From NCBI GenBank assembly GCA_963728915.1, contig CAVSLV010000002.1:96001-160000 (forward strand): 64,000 nucleotides of DNA. Direction: 5' to 3'. Made by a program: the position numbers and the translations under genes. The DNA comes from an uncultured Gemmatimonadales bacterium. GTDB taxonomy: Bacteria > Gemmatimonadota > Gemmatimonadetes > Gemmatimonadales > GWC2-71-9. A model generated the notes under the pieces. That model did no database searches and was not told the DNA's origin. It was given only the letters and a program-made list of their open reading frames with translations. Of the stretch, positions 60,862 through 64,000 are shown piece after piece (position 1 is the stretch's first letter; each line of letters starts with the position of its first letter).

Positions 60862-60954
60862 GAGAGCCGCTCCTTGGGGCTGGGGTCCATGGGTCTGGGG
60901 AGATTCCATGGTAGCCCCAAGGGGCGTGCTCTCAACATGCGTTAGGCGGCGCCG

Positions 60955-61215
60955 CTACGGACCCTTGTGCTCCGCGCGGAGCGCGTCCCAGAGGGTGCGC
61001 GGTGATTGGATTACGACGGGAGCGCCGGAGCCGAGGACAAGCAAATCGTGATCGCCGGTCACCAAGACGTCGGCTCGTCCGGCCACCGCTTCATCCATAA
61101 TGGGCTGATCCTTGGGGTCGCGGATCTTGATACGTAGGGGAGGCGCTGCCGGTATGATCTGTCCTTGCCGGCGCAAGAATGTATCCCACTCGGTGATCGT
61201 GCTCGATTCCCGGTA
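60955..61215 (-). pseudogene. Cassette 8: C-terminal half of a PIN-domain toxin; 5' part, antitoxin and attC missing
   Basis: IRDPKDQPIMDEAVAGRADVLVTGDHDLL motif; no start or N-terminal DTN motif upstream. Confidence 0.72.
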
Positions 61216-61499
61216 TGGGTCACTCGGACATGGTGACGCACCCGGTTGCGATACGCGCCATCGTGGCGGCGTTCAATTAGAGCGCATTCGGCACGGTAAG
61301 CTTCGGAGCGCCGACTCGTTGGCCTCCACCTCGGCGGCAGCGCGCTTGGCCCAACGCGCCCCGGCCAACATCAGCGCCGCAGAAATCCATAACGCGGCGT
61401 TCCTGGAAATGTCAGCGTCATCAGGGATTGCGAGGTACGACCCGCTGGACCAGGGACTGTCACACGCCGGGGCCAGCTCGATTTCGCCCCCCTCGGCCC

Positions 61500-63677
61500 T
61501 CAGCACGCCGCGTTCGGATCCGGCGCGCTTCCTCCCGCGGGCGACGCGGCGTCCCACGACAGCATCGCCGTCCCGTTCGGCGGCGCCGAGCCGCCGGCGA
61601 TGTTGCCGTTGGCGTCGAAGGAAACCGTGATGGTGCCGTCACCGCCCGGCCCGAGTCCCTGCGAGCTGAGGATTCCTCCAAACGACGCCACGCCAAGGAT
61701 CGACGTGTCCGACAGCATCGTGGTGTACGTCGGCAGGACGGCGCGCAGGAAGAACTTGAGCGTTCCCGCGGACACGTTGACGGCGCGGCTGATGAGCGAG
61801 AACGCGCTCTGCTGCGTCGGCAGCACGCTGCTGGTCCCATCATAGGGATATGGCGCGCTGCTGTCCGGGTGCGAGATCTCCGTCACCGTCTTGTCCACCG
61901 GATGCTGACTGTCGCCGGTGTGCACCGTGTGGGTAATGGTGCCGCTGATGTCGTATGCCGTGAGCTTCGCCATCTTCGTAGGCAATGAGAGGCCGTTGAT
62001 GACGGTCACGAGTGCCGCGGCCGGCGGCGTGTCCCCCGGGAGCGCACGCCCCTTGTGAATGTCGGCGCGCAACCAGACCTGCAGCGTTGCCGTCAGGGTG
62101 TAGCTCCCGGTGAGCGTATCGAACGCCGTCGACGCGGTGCTCGAGTCGTACGTCACCGAATAGTGAATCGTCAGCTGCCACGCCGTGAGTGCCACGGGAT
62201 TGCTCTGGAGCCCGTTGACCGTCACGACCACCGGGCCCGCACCGCCAGGCTGATCCGCGCTGGGAAGGGTGCAGATGATCCGGGTGGCAGTCCAGTCCTG
62301 CACCGCGAGCGATGTACCGCCGACGGTCACACTCCCCGTGACCCCGCTGCCAAAGCTGCCATAGATCGAGAGCGTACCCTCCGTGGGCTCGACCACCGAG
62401 ATGCTCGGCGCCAGCAGTCCGACGACCGCGCCGCTTTTCGTGGGCGTCACCTGCAGCGTCGACAGACCGGACACGCCGCTCGACTGGTCGTAGCCGTACC
62501 CCTGGCCGGAGCGCGGGCGCGCGTGCATGTACGGGAGCAGGTCGGGATAGCCGAACGGCCGCACGGTCGGACCGCTGGTTGGCGTGAGGTGGCCCGACAT
62601 TCCCTCGAAAAGCATTTGCCCGGAGAGCAGCGCCTCCGTGCCGTTCACCTGTTCGTTCCACGAGGCGAACACGCCGGCGTTGGCGCCGAGGAATGCAGCA
62701 AACACCGCGGAGGTCGGCCCGAACAGCGTCGAGTATGCGTTGCAGCCGTTGACCAGCACGAAGCTCTCATTCGAGAACGACATGTACGTCGAAATGAACG
62801 TCGGCAGGATCATGTAGTACGGCTTGAGCACCGGCGTCGAGCTGCCGCTCGGATAATCGGCGTACAGCATGAAGCCGACTCTGTTGTTCGTGATATCGTC
62901 CACCAGCGCGTTGTACGCCGTGAGATCGATCGCGGCACCGGTCGTGTCCAGCAGGGGCGTCGTTGTGCTGAGTCCGAACTGCAGCGCACCGGCCGCGGTA
63001 ACGTAGATCCCCATGTGTGCGTAGAGGTAGAGCAGATCGGTGTTGGTGATGGTCTTGAGCGAGGCCACCGATCCCGGCAGCTTCGACACCGCATAGCCCG
63101 TCGTGCCGAGCTCGGCGCCGAGCGTGGTGAAGGAGATCCCGACCAAGTTGCCGAGCAAGGCGTTGGATGCGCCGTCCACCGTGGCGCTGAGCGAAATGTT
63201 GTTGGAGAGGATCGCCTTCTTTCCCGTGGGCAGCTCGGTGGGCAACGAGACCAGGGCGGTGCGATCACTTTCGCGGAGTGAGCCGCTGAGGGCCGTGACG
63301 CTGCCGTCGTTGACCACGACCAGCGGCGTCCCGTCCGTGAAGCGTGCCCAGACGCTGCCGCCGGGCTGCAATCCTGACGCCGAGAAGGCCGAGCTGCCAT
63401 TCAGGAAGGCAAGCAGGCGCTGGTTGTCATCCGTGACGCTGGTGTGGGGGAAGCCGGTGAACTGGCTCGACACGGACGCCACGGCGGTGGCGCGCGCGGC
63501 GGGGGTAATCAGTGTCCCGTTCGGCGGCGGCGGAGGTGGCGGCGGGGGTGGCGGCGGGGGTGTGGAGGTCGGCGTGCCCGAACCGCTGCCGCCGCAGCCA
63601 GCCAATGTGAGGACGCCGGTGCCGAGGGAGATCTGGAGCGAGAGGTCTACAAATTCGCGTCGGGTGAGCCTGGCCAT
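61500..63677 (-). CDS. Tat-exported lipoprotein with Pro linker and IPT/TIG-like domain, function unknown
   Basis: TRREFV Tat motif, LAGC lipobox, poly-Pro, IYGSFG..GSVTVGG..W....I.C..P..GPVVVTVNG..SN. Confidence 0.8.
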   Translation of the reverse strand: MARLTRREFVDLSLQISLGTGVLTLAGCGGSGSGTPTSTPPPPPPPPPPPPPNGTLITPAARATAVASVSSQFTGFPHTSVTDDNQRLLAFLNGSSAFSASGLQPGGSVWARFTDGTPLVVVNDGSVTALSGSLRESDRTALVSLPTELPTGKKAILSNNISLSATVDGASNALLGNLVGISFTTLGAELGTTGYAVSKLPGSVASLKTITNTDLLYLYAHMGIYVTAAGALQFGLSTTTPLLDTTGAAIDLTAYNALVDDITNNRVGFMLYADYPSGSSTPVLKPYYMILPTFISTYMSFSNESFVLVNGCNAYSTLFGPTSAVFAAFLGANAGVFASWNEQVNGTEALLSGQMLFEGMSGHLTPTSGPTVRPFGYPDLLPYMHARPRSGQGYGYDQSSGVSGLSTLQVTPTKSGAVVGLLAPSISVVEPTEGTLSIYGSFGSGVTGSVTVGGTSLAVQDWTATRIICTLPSADQPGGAGPVVVTVNGLQSNPVALTAWQLTIHYSVTYDSSTASTAFDTLTGSYTLTATLQVWLRADIHKGRALPGDTPPAAALVTVINGLSLPTKMAKLTAYDISGTITHTVHTGDSQHPVDKTVTEISHPDSSAPYPYDGTSSVLPTQQSAFSLISRAVNVSAGTLKFFLRAVLPTYTTMLSDTSILGVASFGGILSSQGLGPGGDGTITVSFDANGNIAGGSAPPNGTAMLSWDAASPAGGSAPDPNAAC

Positions 63678-63784
63678 GTGCCGAGGTCCGCTGATAGATA
63701 TGCGAGGAAGATACCGCCCGTGCGTAGCCGGTCAATCGGGAAGGGGCGGCCGGGGCCCGCTCCTCATGCGCTCCAACCGGACAG

Positions 63785-64000
63785 CTACGGTCGCACCTGC
63801 AGGGCGGTGAACGTCACGGTCGTCTTGCCGACCCCGGTCGAATAGTCGGCGTTGATCGTAAAGCTGCCCTGCAACTGGTTCGCTGACATCGTCGCGAAGA
63901 TCGCACCGCCGGCGAGTGATCCGGTTGTCGACGACGGCAATTCCACCACGGTGCCGATGAGCGTGCCGGCACCCATCGGCCCGATGGAAAAAGTCCCCGT
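63785..64000 (-). CDS. 3' part of hypothetical protein (runs off window edge)
   Basis: Open frame to the window end with host-like codon usage. Confidence 0.5.
   Translation of the reverse strand, partial: TGTFSIGPMGAGTLIGTVVELPSSTTGSLAGGAIFATMSANQLQGSFTINADYSTGVGKTTVTFTALQVRP

Larger units (their letters stand above)
59501..60943 (-). mobile_element. IS110-family (IS1111-type) element inserted at the attC crossover site
   Basis: GCGTT at both junctions, subterminal IR TGAGAGC (59504-59510) / GCTCTCA (60928-60934), long non-coding end 3' of the transposase. Confidence 0.88.

Noticed and set aside
63521..63560. G-rich GGCGGC/GGGGG repeat as a G-quadruplex element
   Set aside because: Fully explained by the poly-proline linker codons on the minus strand

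Overview
GC-rich bacterial window, probably Gemmatimonadota (inferred from the 'LAAVLGAERF'-type Ser/Thr kinase, ADOP-type permease and Ig/RCC1 lipoprotein). Many genes are split by single-base frameshifts, probably long-read errors. Three parts: (1) 4.4-20.7 kb, a minus-strand operon: RND efflux (MFP, AcrB-like, TolC-like), a ~9.3 kb iterative type I PKS/secondary-lipid synthase (KS-KS-AT-KS-ACP-ACP-KR-DH), FabI-like enoyl reductase and Sfp-type PPTase. All three KS keep Cys-His-His, and both ACPs have Thr in place of the phosphopantetheine Ser. (2) 20.8-50 kb, mostly ordinary metabolic and signalling genes. (3) 50.4-61.2 kb, an integron-type cassette array with no intI in the window: seven attC sites and eight cassettes, including two homologous ORF-less structured cassettes and a HigBA-type TA pair. 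An IS3 sits inside attC6. An IS110/IS1111-type element sits exactly at the GTT crossover of attC7, and its non-coding end holds readable guide-like segments matching both the attC target and its own circle junction (bridge/seek RNA).
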